A stretch of DNA of 64,000 bases, taken from contig JBFMCV010000003.1 in the NCBI GenBank assembly GCA_040754335.1, positions 47,356-111,355 of the forward strand, read 5' to 3'. Below, in pieces: positions 1 through 9,498 of this stretch. The notes under the pieces are model-generated. The model had not been told where the DNA came from and searched no databases. It saw only the letters and a list, made by a program, of their open reading frames with translations. Each line of letters begins with the position of its first letter. Within the stretch, counting starts at the first letter, position 1. Origin of the DNA: Thermodesulfobacteriota bacterium. GTDB taxonomy: Bacteria; Desulfobacterota_D; UBA1144; Nemesobacterales; UBA2774. Both the position numbers and the translations under genes were made by a program.

Positions 1-238
1 TTCCGAGCCACACGAGCGGCATCCCGTCGGGCACAACTATGTCAGCTGAGTTGAGAACCTTTTTATACTCGGGGTTGAGCCACGACTCGGTAACTACGTG
101 CGTATTCGTTACAGCTATGTAATGCCCGTGGTCTTTCTCTTCGATCCATCCGGTCATCATGCGCACCACATCGTCTATCTGAACCGCAGCGACCTCTACG
201 CCCAGTATTCCGTATCTATCAGGCTTCGTGCTATTCAT
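1..238 (-). CDS. Glycosyltransferase, WecB/TagA/CpsF (GT26) family, N-terminal part; C-terminus lies beyond the window start
   Basis: Manual reverse translation of 238..1 gives MNSTKPDRYGILGVEVAAVQIDDVVRMMTGWIEEKDHGHYIAVTNTHVVTESWLNPEYKKVLNSADIVVPDGMPLVWLG, which is typical of the WecB/TagA N-terminus (ILGV.V., V.T.N.H, ...DG.PLV). ATG at 236-238. Confidence 0.5.
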   Translation of the reverse strand, partial: MNSTKPDRYGILGVEVAAVQIDDVVRMMTGWIEEKDHGHYIAVTNTHVVTESWLNPEYKKVLNSADIVVPDGMPLVWLG

Positions 239-295
239 ACAAGGTTTTCCTTATGGCATTTATTTTTCGGACGCGAGATCTCTTACATTACAGGC

Positions 296-1492
296 TCAGT
301 GAGTTTTCGATCCCGATCCGTTCTTTTCTATCGCTCTCTCGTAGATGTCAACAAGAATCCGGTAGTTCCTGTCCGAAGTGTAATTGGCTTCGTATTCCAT
401 CCGGGCGGCTCTCCCCATCCGCGTCATCGCCTCGGGGTTATTCCATGCCCAGCGCACTTTGGCCGACAAATCCTCCGGACTGCCCGGAATAAAATGGAGT
501 CCCGTATATCCGTCCCTGATATTTTCAGACATGACACCCGCCCCCGACGCAATGACCGGCACGCCGCAAGCGAATGCCTCAACCGCCACCATGCCGAACG
601 TCTCGTAATATCCCTCGGACGGCCATACGAGGAACCGCGCATTTTTAATCAAATCGATCAATGTTTCCTTTTCCATTCGCTCCAGTATCTCGATCGAGCT
701 GAGATGGTTTGAAGAAATATAGTCGGCGACCTCGCCCGCAAGACGCCCTCCCCCCCTGATTTTAAGGGGGATATCGCTGTTGTGACGCCATGCCCGCAGC
801 AATGTATGGATTCCCTTCTCGTTATCGAGCCGGCCGATGAAGAGCGCATAATCGCCCATTCCATGCGCGCGGCAGCCGGGATCGGGATCGACGAAATGCG
901 GTTTGAGCGCAATCTTATGAGGCGGGAGTCCGCCCTTTATGAACATTCTTTTATAAAACTCGGTGAAGACGATATACGTATCAACGGCGCGATCCCAGGT
1001 CCCGAGCAGACGGTGAAGAGTAAGCATCGACGCCACTACAGCCGTCTGAGAGACCGACTCCCTATAGCAGCCATGCAAGACGCCGGGCCACGGCGGGGTC
1101 TTGCCGATGCAGTCCTCGCACACCTTCCCGTTCCTGTATAGATTGGCCGCCGGACACAGGAGCCTCGGATTGTGAAGGGACTGAACGACCGGCACATCCG
1201 CCTCTTTGCAAGCGTAGTAGGCAGACGGCGAGATGAGCACGAACGTATTGTGGAAGTGCGCGATATCGGGCTTGAATTTTTCTATCAGGCCGAGAATTTT
1301 TCTTTCGGAGCTCCGCGACCAGAGCGTATTGACGGCGAGCGCGAGGGGGGTCATGGAGCGTGCCATCTCATTGTTCTCGGTGTACTCCGCGACCTCATGA
1401 CCGTGTTTTCGCAGCAGCTCCGTCTCCGCCGCAAAGACCGTGTCTTCCCCCCCCGGCTGCTGATAGAAATTGTGCGCAACGAGTACTCTCAT
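296..1492 (-). CDS. Glycosyltransferase family 4 (GT-B, WcaL-like)
   Basis: ORF 296..1594. Start trimmed to the ATG at 1490-1492 (MRVLVAHNFYQQPGGED...), which overlaps the stop of the upstream methyltransferase gene (ATGA). GT4 N-terminal motif plus the C-terminal GT1 fold. Confidence 0.7.
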   Translation of the reverse strand: MRVLVAHNFYQQPGGEDTVFAAETELLRKHGHEVAEYTENNEMARSMTPLALAVNTLWSRSSERKILGLIEKFKPDIAHFHNTFVLISPSAYYACKEADVPVVQSLHNPRLLCPAANLYRNGKVCEDCIGKTPPWPGVLHGCYRESVSQTAVVASMLTLHRLLGTWDRAVDTYIVFTEFYKRMFIKGGLPPHKIALKPHFVDPDPGCRAHGMGDYALFIGRLDNEKGIHTLLRAWRHNSDIPLKIRGGGRLAGEVADYISSNHLSSIEILERMEKETLIDLIKNARFLVWPSEGYYETFGMVAVEAFACGVPVIASGAGVMSENIRDGYTGLHFIPGSPEDLSAKVRWAWNNPEAMTRMGRAARMEYEANYTSDRNYRILVDIYERAIEKNGSGSKTH

Positions 1493-2313
1493 GATTTCCT
1501 TATAAGGTAACGAAGCTCGCCGTCGATAAGGACCGATTGCAGTATATACCCGAGAACGTTCTGGACCATGCTCTTGTTGTACTGTATATACCACTTCAGT
1601 CTCTTCCGGTTCTTATAACCCGAGCGGTCGAGAATATTCTCAAGAGAATTTCCGGTGAAGAGCACGAAGTGCCCGGCCCTGAGCGCTTCCCGCCATCTCT
1701 CTCCCTGGATCCTGGCCCTGAGCGAGTCGGCGTTCGGCGTGGATATATAAACGAAACCGCCCTCATTCAGCAAGAGGTTGAATCTTCCGATCTCAAGCCA
1801 CGGAGACCCGAGGTGCTCTACGACATCCATGGTTACGATACCGTCGAATGTAAGCCCCGCAGGGATGTCATCGAGCGTTCTGAATGCCTTGAACCCCATA
1901 TTTAAAAGTCTCTGATAACCAAAAGGCTCGACCCCGTACACATCCGCGCCCAATTCCGAAAGCGCGATCAGAGCGTCTCCCCTTCCGGCCCCGAAATCGA
2001 GTATTTTAAGTCCGCGGAAATCGGTCACTCCGAGCGACTCGGCTATCTTCCTCGCGTATATGCGCGCGAGATTAATGGACGTCCCTCCCGTCTCGCTCCT
2101 GTTTTTATAGGGCGCTGTCCAGCTGTTGACGTACAGCTCGATGACGCTCTCCGTTTCCGGCAGCGGGTGCCGGAATATCAGCCTGCAGGAGGGACACCTC
2201 CAGAAGCTGAGGCTCCTCCAGTAAAGAATTGTCTTGCCGCTGCAATACCTGCACTCTATGTTTTCAACCGGCACATAAGTCTCGACTGCATTCGACATTC
2301 GGAATTTTTCCAT
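1489..2313 (-). CDS. Class I SAM-dependent methyltransferase with N-terminal Cys4 zinc ribbon
   Basis: CRYCSG...CPSCR zinc ribbon followed by the ILDFGAGRGD SAM-binding motif I and a VEP motif. Confidence 0.65.
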   Translation of the reverse strand: MEKFRMSNAVETYVPVENIECRYCSGKTILYWRSLSFWRCPSCRLIFRHPLPETESVIELYVNSWTAPYKNRSETGGTSINLARIYARKIAESLGVTDFRGLKILDFGAGRGDALIALSELGADVYGVEPFGYQRLLNMGFKAFRTLDDIPAGLTFDGIVTMDVVEHLGSPWLEIGRFNLLLNEGGFVYISTPNADSLRARIQGERWREALRAGHFVLFTGNSLENILDRSGYKNRKRLKWYIQYNKSMVQNVLGYILQSVLIDGELRYLIRKS

Positions 2314-2390
2314 CTTCTCAGTCCTCCTCGGAATCGTAATAGTTTGATTGTTTTATACGGAACACCATCGTTCCGGCCCTCCTTGCTTTC

Positions 2391-3881
2391 TCATACCGTC
2401 GGTAACGTCCTCGCCGCGAATACCGCTTCCCTGCGCCTTGAGCGCTTGTGAAGCCTGTATAAAAATTCCCCGTACCCCATTACGAGGAAAAAGGTTAAAG
2501 GCGGGTGCCAGAAGATTTCGGTCGTGAACATGGAACGCACCGATATGAGCGCGAGAACGCCTATGCTCTCAACAGCCAAACAGTGTGTAAGGGACGCGGT
2601 CGGACTCGAAAAAGCCGAAGATAACAGATTGACCCACGTCCTTATAAATGCCGCCGCTACGAAAACCAGCCCGAGGAGCCCGACTCCGATCATGATCTCG
2701 AGCCAGGTATTGAGGACCGATGACCACTCGCTCGCGCTAAAGTTCTTGCCCAGCTCGGTCAGCACCGCAAACCTGCCGCCCGCATACGCGCCGAACCCCA
2801 GGAGCGGGCTCCGCTTGAAGAGCTCCCATCCCAAAACCCATCCTTCCGTCCTCCCCGACAGGGAAGAAAACTGCACCTCGTTTTGCCCACGCAGAAAAAA
2901 TTCCCAGAAAATATCCGTAAAGCTCGTAAGTGTCGTCACGGAGAAAATCAGTATGGCAGTGAGGGCGATCGGACCGATTCTCCCTGCGGCAAATAACATG
3001 AGAGGGACAGCGATAAGAAAACCTGTAATCGGCGACCTGCTCTGAGCAAATACCAGTGTAATCATCGCAGCCATAAACAGAACGACGTAAAACGCCTTAT
3101 CCCTCATGAAGATCAAGCGGTTGAGCGCAACGATGCCAAGTATTGCGCCCAGCTCTCCCACATGGTTCGTTTCCATAGCCGGTATGGCTCCAGCGAGCTG
3201 GACGCCCAGCAACCCTACGTCACGACGGAGCCCGATGTCAGGCAATAATAAAGCCCCTACCCACGCGCTTGCAGTGAGCAAGGCCACTAAAACCCACGTC
3301 CAGTCGAAGAGTGACTTTATATCGCTCACCGACCGTACCGAAGCCAGGATAGCGGCGATGAGCGCTAAATCTATCAGATACTCAAGCGACTTGTAGAGAG
3401 TCCACGCGGGGTAGAGCGACCATAGAGACGAAACGATCGCGACTGCCGCGTACCCGGTCAGGAGACCTAACGAGCCCCCGAGGAGCGAGGAAAGCCAGTC
3501 CGTCTTCTTCATCGCGAGTCTGATGACCAGCACGGCCCCGATAACCGTCATAAGCCCCATCCTGTAGAGGGCCCAGGAGTCTATCGGGTTCTGCTGTATG
3601 GTCTCGGTGTCCCTTATACGGAAAACGAGTCCGCTCAGAAACATGAGCAGCCATAGCATATGCCACCAGCGGAGCTGAGAGATCAAGATCCGGAATCTGA
3701 AGCTCGAAATATATAACGCCCGCAGGACGAGCAGAGCCGCAGGCAGCCCCAGAGCGAACAAGATCAGAATATGCTCATCGCATCTCTCCGAAGTCACGAG
3801 AATTCCTATGCCGATGAGGGAGGCGACGACTATTACGACAATCAAAGGCGTTGCGTTCCCCTGCTTTGCTGCAGATCTCAT
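2391..3881 (-). CDS. Polytopic membrane protein, O-antigen ligase/Wzy-like polysaccharide polymerase family
   Basis: 496 aa with roughly 12 predicted TM helices and a central larger loop. Lies inside a Wzx/Wzy-type locus. Confidence 0.5.
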   Translation of the reverse strand: MRSAAKQGNATPLIVVIVVASLIGIGILVTSERCDEHILILFALGLPAALLVLRALYISSFRFRILISQLRWWHMLWLLMFLSGLVFRIRDTETIQQNPIDSWALYRMGLMTVIGAVLVIRLAMKKTDWLSSLLGGSLGLLTGYAAVAIVSSLWSLYPAWTLYKSLEYLIDLALIAAILASVRSVSDIKSLFDWTWVLVALLTASAWVGALLLPDIGLRRDVGLLGVQLAGAIPAMETNHVGELGAILGIVALNRLIFMRDKAFYVVLFMAAMITLVFAQSRSPITGFLIAVPLMLFAAGRIGPIALTAILIFSVTTLTSFTDIFWEFFLRGQNEVQFSSLSGRTEGWVLGWELFKRSPLLGFGAYAGGRFAVLTELGKNFSASEWSSVLNTWLEIMIGVGLLGLVFVAAAFIRTWVNLLSSAFSSPTASLTHCLAVESIGVLALISVRSMFTTEIFWHPPLTFFLVMGYGEFLYRLHKRSRRREAVFAARTLPTV

Positions 3882-5114
3882 CTATGCCACAATCTCCTGA
3901 TAGATCTCGTTTATCAATTCCCCTTTCTTGTCCCAATCGAATGATTCCGACACTCGCTTACGCGCCGCTTCGCCCATTTTCCGGCCGAGCTCCGAATCTT
4001 CCGCAAGCCGAATCATCGCGTCTCTTAAATCTTTAACGGTCTGCTTGGACGATTCTGCACGCAGCTTGAAGCCGGTCTCCTTCGTAACCTGCATTCCGGG
4101 ACCGCCGAGATCCAGACACAATACGGGTTTGCCCAGCGCCATAGCTTCGAGACATACCCATCCGCCCGAGTCATGGAGGCTCGGATGCACGAGCGTATCG
4201 GACTCGGCAAGCCTCTTTAGAGTCTCTCCCCGCGGGAGCTCCCCGAAGAACCTCACCTTATCCGCTATGGAGAGGCCCCGGGCGATAGTTTCGAGATTCC
4301 CCCTCTCCGGACCATCGCCGATGAACCAGTACTCACTCGAAGGATGTTCCCTCACGAACCCGGAAAAAGCCTTGAGTCCCATATGGAAACCCTTCCAGTG
4401 GAGGAGTCTTCCTATGCTTATCACTACGAACCGGTCCGATCTCCCTCTCCCTGACTCTTCGAGATCCTCGAGGTCTCTCACGCCTATCCCCGATTCAGGG
4501 AATACCCGAACCCTTTTGGCCCCGAGCGTGAACACCCGATTGCCGGTCTCCCCGACCTTGGCCAGAACGAGCACTGCCCTCCTGATACTCATGAGCACGA
4601 ACGGGTCATTCTCCCCCATCCGTCTCGCCGCATTCCTAATCCACTCGTGAACCTTGCCTCTCAGCGTGAAACACTTGTGATATGCGACGGGCGCGGACTC
4701 GGCGCCTCCCACGGGGCCGTGTATGAAGGGCATGGGCAGAAGTGACAGGAAGCTCGGCATCCAGTAAACGCCGAGAGTCAGGTGATGGGCGACGTCGAAC
4801 CTTATCTCATTATGCAGCCGCCTTGCCAGAAAATAGACCGCAATCTGCCAGAGATAATAATACAGATGAACACCCCTCTGCCCTCTCTTCCAGAACCTCA
4901 CCCAACCCGGATAATCGAAATATATCCAGTGTACGTTTGAAGGAGCACCTACGTTATCCCGCTCGATGGATTCCCGGTTGTTAGCCCTCGTTATCACCCA
5001 AACGTCGTGGAAACGCGCTATCTGTTTCACCCAGTTCCACCCCACACCGGGCTCGGAACCCTTGCCGGACTCGCACGCGTACGCTGACAGAAGCACTTTC
5101 AGTCTTTTCTGCAT
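3882..5114 (-). CDS. Glycosyltransferase family 4
   Basis: ORF 3882..5135. Preferred start is the ATG at 5112-5114 (MQKRLKVLLSAYACESG...), preceded by AAGGA. Gly-rich GT4 N-terminus and an E-x7-E-like C-terminal region. Confidence 0.65.
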   Translation of the reverse strand: MQKRLKVLLSAYACESGKGSEPGVGWNWVKQIARFHDVWVITRANNRESIERDNVGAPSNVHWIYFDYPGWVRFWKRGQRGVHLYYYLWQIAVYFLARRLHNEIRFDVAHHLTLGVYWMPSFLSLLPMPFIHGPVGGAESAPVAYHKCFTLRGKVHEWIRNAARRMGENDPFVLMSIRRAVLVLAKVGETGNRVFTLGAKRVRVFPESGIGVRDLEDLEESGRGRSDRFVVISIGRLLHWKGFHMGLKAFSGFVREHPSSEYWFIGDGPERGNLETIARGLSIADKVRFFGELPRGETLKRLAESDTLVHPSLHDSGGWVCLEAMALGKPVLCLDLGGPGMQVTKETGFKLRAESSKQTVKDLRDAMIRLAEDSELGRKMGEAARKRVSESFDWDKKGELINEIYQEIVA

Positions 5115-5124
5115 CTTAATTTCC

Positions 5125-7668
5125 TTATCGATCACCGCTTAAGAGGATAACCATCTTGGAGAGCTGACCCAGCTCTTTGAAACCTGCGCGTCCTTCAGAA
5201 GCCGCAAAAGAAAGCCTATCGATGACGTATAATAGAAAAAGAGCTTTCCGGACATTCTTGCCGACGCCGATTTTCTCCCAATATTCTTTAGTCAGATCGT
5301 TGTACGAATCCTTTAATACCGCGTCCGCCAGCTCGGCGGGATTTCTTTTATTCAGAAAAAAATTCGTTTGGAAGATAAAATGGAAGAGGTCCCACCCCGG
5401 GGGTCTGTCATCACGGGAATTCTCCCAATCATATAGAAAAAGTTTTCCGCCGGCCAAGTACGCATTCCAGGGGGCGAAATCTCCATGGGAAATATGGAAC
5501 GGGAGTAGGACACCGCCGAGCGCCTCTTCCGCACGCGGAATGCCGTTTCTCTCGAGCACAGCGCGGTAATAACCGTTCTCCACATCCTTTACCCTTTTTA
5601 AAATATCCCTCCAGTAGCCGCTCTCCCGAAGCCGCGCACAGGACACGTTCATGTCAGTTAACCCGCATACTGCCGCCACGTACTGCGGCGTCAATGTCCC
5701 GGGCGCAGGCTTTAGCTTGCCCTCCGGAGGGGACTCGATTACCAGATAGCGGCCATGCCACCACCCAGTGAATAACACAGTCGGCGTACGGAAAGAGCCG
5801 TCAGACACTGCCGACAGCTTTCTGATAGCACGTGCTTCGTTCATCACCAGAGAATTTGTAAGCTCGCTCCATCCGATCTTGACATAACCCAGAACATCAC
5901 CTTCACAGCTACTTATCTGGATGACCGGCTTCCTGCAGATCCCGGGCGTGCCGAATGAAAGAGAGAGATGAAGGTTATTCTGCTGAATTACTTCTTTCAG
6001 ATGGTCGGATAATAATATGTCGCTTCTGTCTTCTGTTTGGACGCCATTGTCCACAACAAGTTTTACCGTTTTCAATAATAATCTACTTGCGCCGGAAGTG
6101 AGGCCGTTTGCAAGGAGAGCTTTCACCGCTCTGGCTTTGCCGTTTTGAGCATTATAGAGATCGAGACCGTTTACGGCCGTCTCAGGCTGTGACGGTAATA
6201 AATATCCGCGGCCGTTCCCGACCGGAAGACATTTGAATTCATAGAGCGTTTCCCACTTAGATAAGCCGTCTCCATAGACCTCACCGTCCATTGAGAAACG
6301 CGCTTTTTCGGAGTCAGTAGAGAGAACTGAAGTAAGCCAGTCAAGAGTCCTCTGCATTTCACCGCCGCCGAACCAGACGTCCCTTCGTGACTTGTACCGG
6401 TCATGGAGGTAATCCATTATTATCTCTCCCGCTTCGACCGTGACTTCCTCGGGCGGCCTGTGAGCGTCAAGCATGTATGCGTTGGGCGTCCTTAGGGCCA
6501 TGTCTCTGTAACGCCCGCGCTGACGACGGAGTTCTTCCCCCTCGATCTCCTCCTTTCGTTTAAGGAGCTCGCCCTCCTTCGCATCAAGCACAAAAAGAAG
6601 GTCGGCGGGGGGGATGAAAGTGTGCGCAAGCGCCGCAAGCCGGGAGGGACCGCCGTATCTGTAGCGGAGAGGGTCGACCAGCAGGTCGTCGTAATACCTG
6701 TCGAATAGCACGAGGGTCGATCTTACGAACCTCGGATAGAGCTTATAGAAATACCCGAGGGTGTAATCTGCGGTGTAATATCCGAGCTTCAGAAATGACA
6801 TGAATAAATTCCGCGGCGGCTTTCCGTGGGGATCGGTCACCGGCTTGCCGCGAGACTTACCTCCTATCAGACCGGGACGGAGATGAAATTTTGCGGTGCG
6901 GCGGAATGCGCCGGAGAATCGCTTCTCGATATTGTCGATCAAGGTGCTCTTACCCGCCCCGTCAGGACCGAGCACAGCTACCGACATGCCTGTCGGGAAA
7001 CGCCACCTCACGAGAATCCGTTTTGCCTCGTCAAGCCAGTATTTGACGGGGTTGAGGGGATCCTTCTTCAAAACCTCCCAAACCAACGCCCTTCTGAGTC
7101 CGGGCGTGTCGTATTCAACCGCCTTCCAGTCATTCTTGGAGATCCGGGTAACCACATAGGGACCGGATTTCTTCCCGAAGAGACGCGTTGAGATGAGCAT
7201 CGCTTTGTCTTGCCCGATCTTATCGATCAGATGCATGAGTCTTTCCTGCTGGTGTACGGGCGTAGAGCCCTTGAGTGTTTTTTTTACGAGCAGATACGCC
7301 AGCTCCGTCTCGGGCGAGGCCACCCGGAAGCCGTTCCACCTCGCCCTGTCCTTGCTCAGCTCGTCTGCCCGGAAATAAATTATCCCGTTCCTCCTGTAAT
7401 CCGTCGCCGCATCAACCTGAAGGAAATCGATCCCCTTCCCGTCCCTCAACGCCATTATGAAATAAAAACACGAAGACTCATGCTGTATCATCTGCACGAG
7501 TCTCCCGCCACGATAATTAAGCAGGGACTCTTCGAGCGTCCCAAGATGGCGGGGGTTGAGAGCTATATCAAGATCGGACCGGAGACGATGTGGCAGTGAG
7601 TCCCATCCGTGGAGGACAGCATATTCCATGGCGTCTAAAATTTTCTCTACCTCGCTATAGATATTCAT
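5125..7668 (-). CDS. 847-aa multidomain protein with a possible Pol-beta-like nucleotidyltransferase N-terminus, a thymidylate-kinase-like P-loop domain (GPDGAGKST...DRYYDD) and a C-terminal APH/choline-kinase-like phosphotransferase (HGDFAPWN...D)
   Basis: Walker A GPDGAGKST with a downstream DRY motif. C-terminal HGD.....N and FLYDWE motifs typical of the APH/ChoK fold. N-terminal G-x11-SDLD is reminiscent of minimal NTases. Confidence 0.45.
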   Translation of the reverse strand: MNIYSEVEKILDAMEYAVLHGWDSLPHRLRSDLDIALNPRHLGTLEESLLNYRGGRLVQMIQHESSCFYFIMALRDGKGIDFLQVDAATDYRRNGIIYFRADELSKDRARWNGFRVASPETELAYLLVKKTLKGSTPVHQQERLMHLIDKIGQDKAMLISTRLFGKKSGPYVVTRISKNDWKAVEYDTPGLRRALVWEVLKKDPLNPVKYWLDEAKRILVRWRFPTGMSVAVLGPDGAGKSTLIDNIEKRFSGAFRRTAKFHLRPGLIGGKSRGKPVTDPHGKPPRNLFMSFLKLGYYTADYTLGYFYKLYPRFVRSTLVLFDRYYDDLLVDPLRYRYGGPSRLAALAHTFIPPADLLFVLDAKEGELLKRKEEIEGEELRRQRGRYRDMALRTPNAYMLDAHRPPEEVTVEAGEIIMDYLHDRYKSRRDVWFGGGEMQRTLDWLTSVLSTDSEKARFSMDGEVYGDGLSKWETLYEFKCLPVGNGRGYLLPSQPETAVNGLDLYNAQNGKARAVKALLANGLTSGASRLLLKTVKLVVDNGVQTEDRSDILLSDHLKEVIQQNNLHLSLSFGTPGICRKPVIQISSCEGDVLGYVKIGWSELTNSLVMNEARAIRKLSAVSDGSFRTPTVLFTGWWHGRYLVIESPPEGKLKPAPGTLTPQYVAAVCGLTDMNVSCARLRESGYWRDILKRVKDVENGYYRAVLERNGIPRAEEALGGVLLPFHISHGDFAPWNAYLAGGKLFLYDWENSRDDRPPGWDLFHFIFQTNFFLNKRNPAELADAVLKDSYNDLTKEYWEKIGVGKNVRKALFLLYVIDRLSFAASEGRAGFKELGQLSKMVILLSGDR

Positions 7669-7777
7669 CTTATTTAGGGATCAGAAAATATTCGTGAAGT
7701 AATATAAGCGCGGGAGACACGAAGCCACTCTTCCATAGCATGCTTCCCGCACGTCGTGGAAAAGCGAGGGAGGGGAC

Positions 7778-7975
7778 CTAATATATCGCCTTGAGCTCGA
7801 GGTTTCTTATCACAACCCCCAGCATCGCCTTCTCACACTGCATGCATATCCAGAGACCCGACATCGTCTTATTCCTGACGTCGTCAAGGTATTGGTCTCT
7901 CACCTCGAAGATCAAAAACCCTCCGCACCTCTCGCACTTGTCGTTTGTCCTGATAGTTACCGGATTCACTCTCAT
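7778..7975 (-). CDS. Small zinc-ribbon protein (65 aa), hypothetical
   Basis: CERCGG...CMQCEK: two CxxC pairs about 27 aa apart. Confidence 0.3.
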   Translation of the reverse strand: MRVNPVTIRTNDKCERCGGFLIFEVRDQYLDDVRNKTMSGLWICMQCEKAMLGVVIRNLELKAIY

Positions 7976-8077
7976 GTTCCAGCCTCACTTTTGTTTAATT
8001 CATGATAAACGTTCGAATTTGAAAGCACGGTCCCTAACCTCCTCGATACTTCCAACATGTGTATGATGAAACCGATC

Positions 8078-9424
8078 TCAGCCCGATTTCACGGTACTTT
8101 GCGGGGCACTCCCTGATACTTTATGGTGAAAGGGCGTCAGCCCCCAGTGCCGGAGGCAGGAAAAGGTAAGGGCCAGTATAAAGACCTGACTCATGACAAA
8201 GACAAACGCCATGCCGGCCTCTTTAAACCGGGGAACTATCAAAATTGCAAGCAAGAGGTGTATTGACGCGGTCAATATTCGGATGACGGCATATAACCTG
8301 TCCTTGCCGAACGGGAGCATGATCTGTATGCCCAGAACATCGGAAAGAGCCATCAGAATAGGCAGGACGGCCATAATCTGAAGCACCGCTATCGACGGAT
8401 CAAACCCTTTCCCCAGGACAATCTTCACTATGAGCGGCGCACCGAAGAAGAGCGCGAAAGACGTAATGATCCCGAGACCGCCGACTGCGTAGACAAGCCT
8501 CTTCCCCCAGAGAAGCACCGTCTCCCTTGACGAAGACGCGAGCTGACTGAACCTGGGATAGACCGCCTGAGCAAGGGGCCTGAACATACCCATCAGCGAA
8601 AGGGTTATCTTTTCGGCGGCGCTGTAATATCCCACCGCCGAGTAATTCGTCAGCAGCCCAAGAATGAAACTGTTGCCGCCTATATAGAGACTCTGCGCTA
8701 TGTTCGATACAAACAAAGTCAGACCTCCCGACAAAACGCTCAATACTTCGCCTGCGCCCGGCATCCGGATACGGATCCGAAGTCTTCTGACGGCGAACAA
8801 CACTCCGGCCAGTCCAGCGAATACCCACTGGAAGGATAGTAGTCCCGCATATACCAAATAATCATCCGGGTTCCTGACGAAAATAAACACACCCGCTGTC
8901 GCTACGGAACGCATAATCAGATTTATCGCGGATATTGCTTTCATCCTCTCGAGTCCCAGAAAAAGCCAGGACGGAAAAAGCATATTACCTACGACGAGAC
9001 CGTACAAAATCAGCAGCAGTGGCGCGATCTGATTCATCTTACGCACGGCTGCTATCATCGCCAGCAATACAAGAAATCCCGCGAGACTAAGGAGGAATTT
9101 TGCAAGCCACACGCTTGATGAAAGACGACTTACCGCTCGGTTGTCGTCGCGTTTGATCGAAATCTCTCTCGTTGCCGTGAGGTCGAACCCGTAATTGATG
9201 AAGAAAACAAAAAAATTAATAAGACTCTGCCCGAAAGATACGAGTCCGAACTTCTCAGCTCCCAATACACGAACCAGATAAGGGACCGTGATCAGGGGAA
9301 GTACGTAGAATGAAATTTGCAGCACGTATAGAGAAATAATATTCGCGCATATAGTACTTTTAAGCCCTCTCCGGATCGTATTTGATATAACTCTTCGCAC
9401 TGGTTTCAGGTCTTCCCGGAACAA
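8078..9424 (-). CDS. wzx: Polysaccharide biosynthesis flippase (Wzx-like, MOP superfamily)
   Basis: 448 aa with about 12-14 TM helices and a typical Wzx N-terminus (YVLPLITVPYLVRVLGAEKFGL). Confidence 0.65.
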   Translation of the reverse strand: MFREDLKPVRRVISNTIRRGLKSTICANIISLYVLQISFYVLPLITVPYLVRVLGAEKFGLVSFGQSLINFFVFFINYGFDLTATREISIKRDDNRAVSRLSSSVWLAKFLLSLAGFLVLLAMIAAVRKMNQIAPLLLILYGLVVGNMLFPSWLFLGLERMKAISAINLIMRSVATAGVFIFVRNPDDYLVYAGLLSFQWVFAGLAGVLFAVRRLRIRIRMPGAGEVLSVLSGGLTLFVSNIAQSLYIGGNSFILGLLTNYSAVGYYSAAEKITLSLMGMFRPLAQAVYPRFSQLASSSRETVLLWGKRLVYAVGGLGIITSFALFFGAPLIVKIVLGKGFDPSIAVLQIMAVLPILMALSDVLGIQIMLPFGKDRLYAVIRILTASIHLLLAILIVPRFKEAGMAFVFVMSQVFILALTFSCLRHWGLTPFHHKVSGSAPQSTVKSG

Positions 9425-9498
9425 TTTTAAATGCCGATTCTGCTCCGTTTTTGAAAGTGAGGAATTAGGGCCCGGACGTCATGGTCCGGACTCAGGCT

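Noticed and set aside
98-712. 204-aa plus-strand ORF (and nested 253..492, 384..608 ORFs)
   Set aside because: It lies entirely antisense to the well-supported GT4 and GT26 genes, has Arg/Ser/His-rich composition and shows no motif. It is a shadow ORF of the high-GC coding strand.
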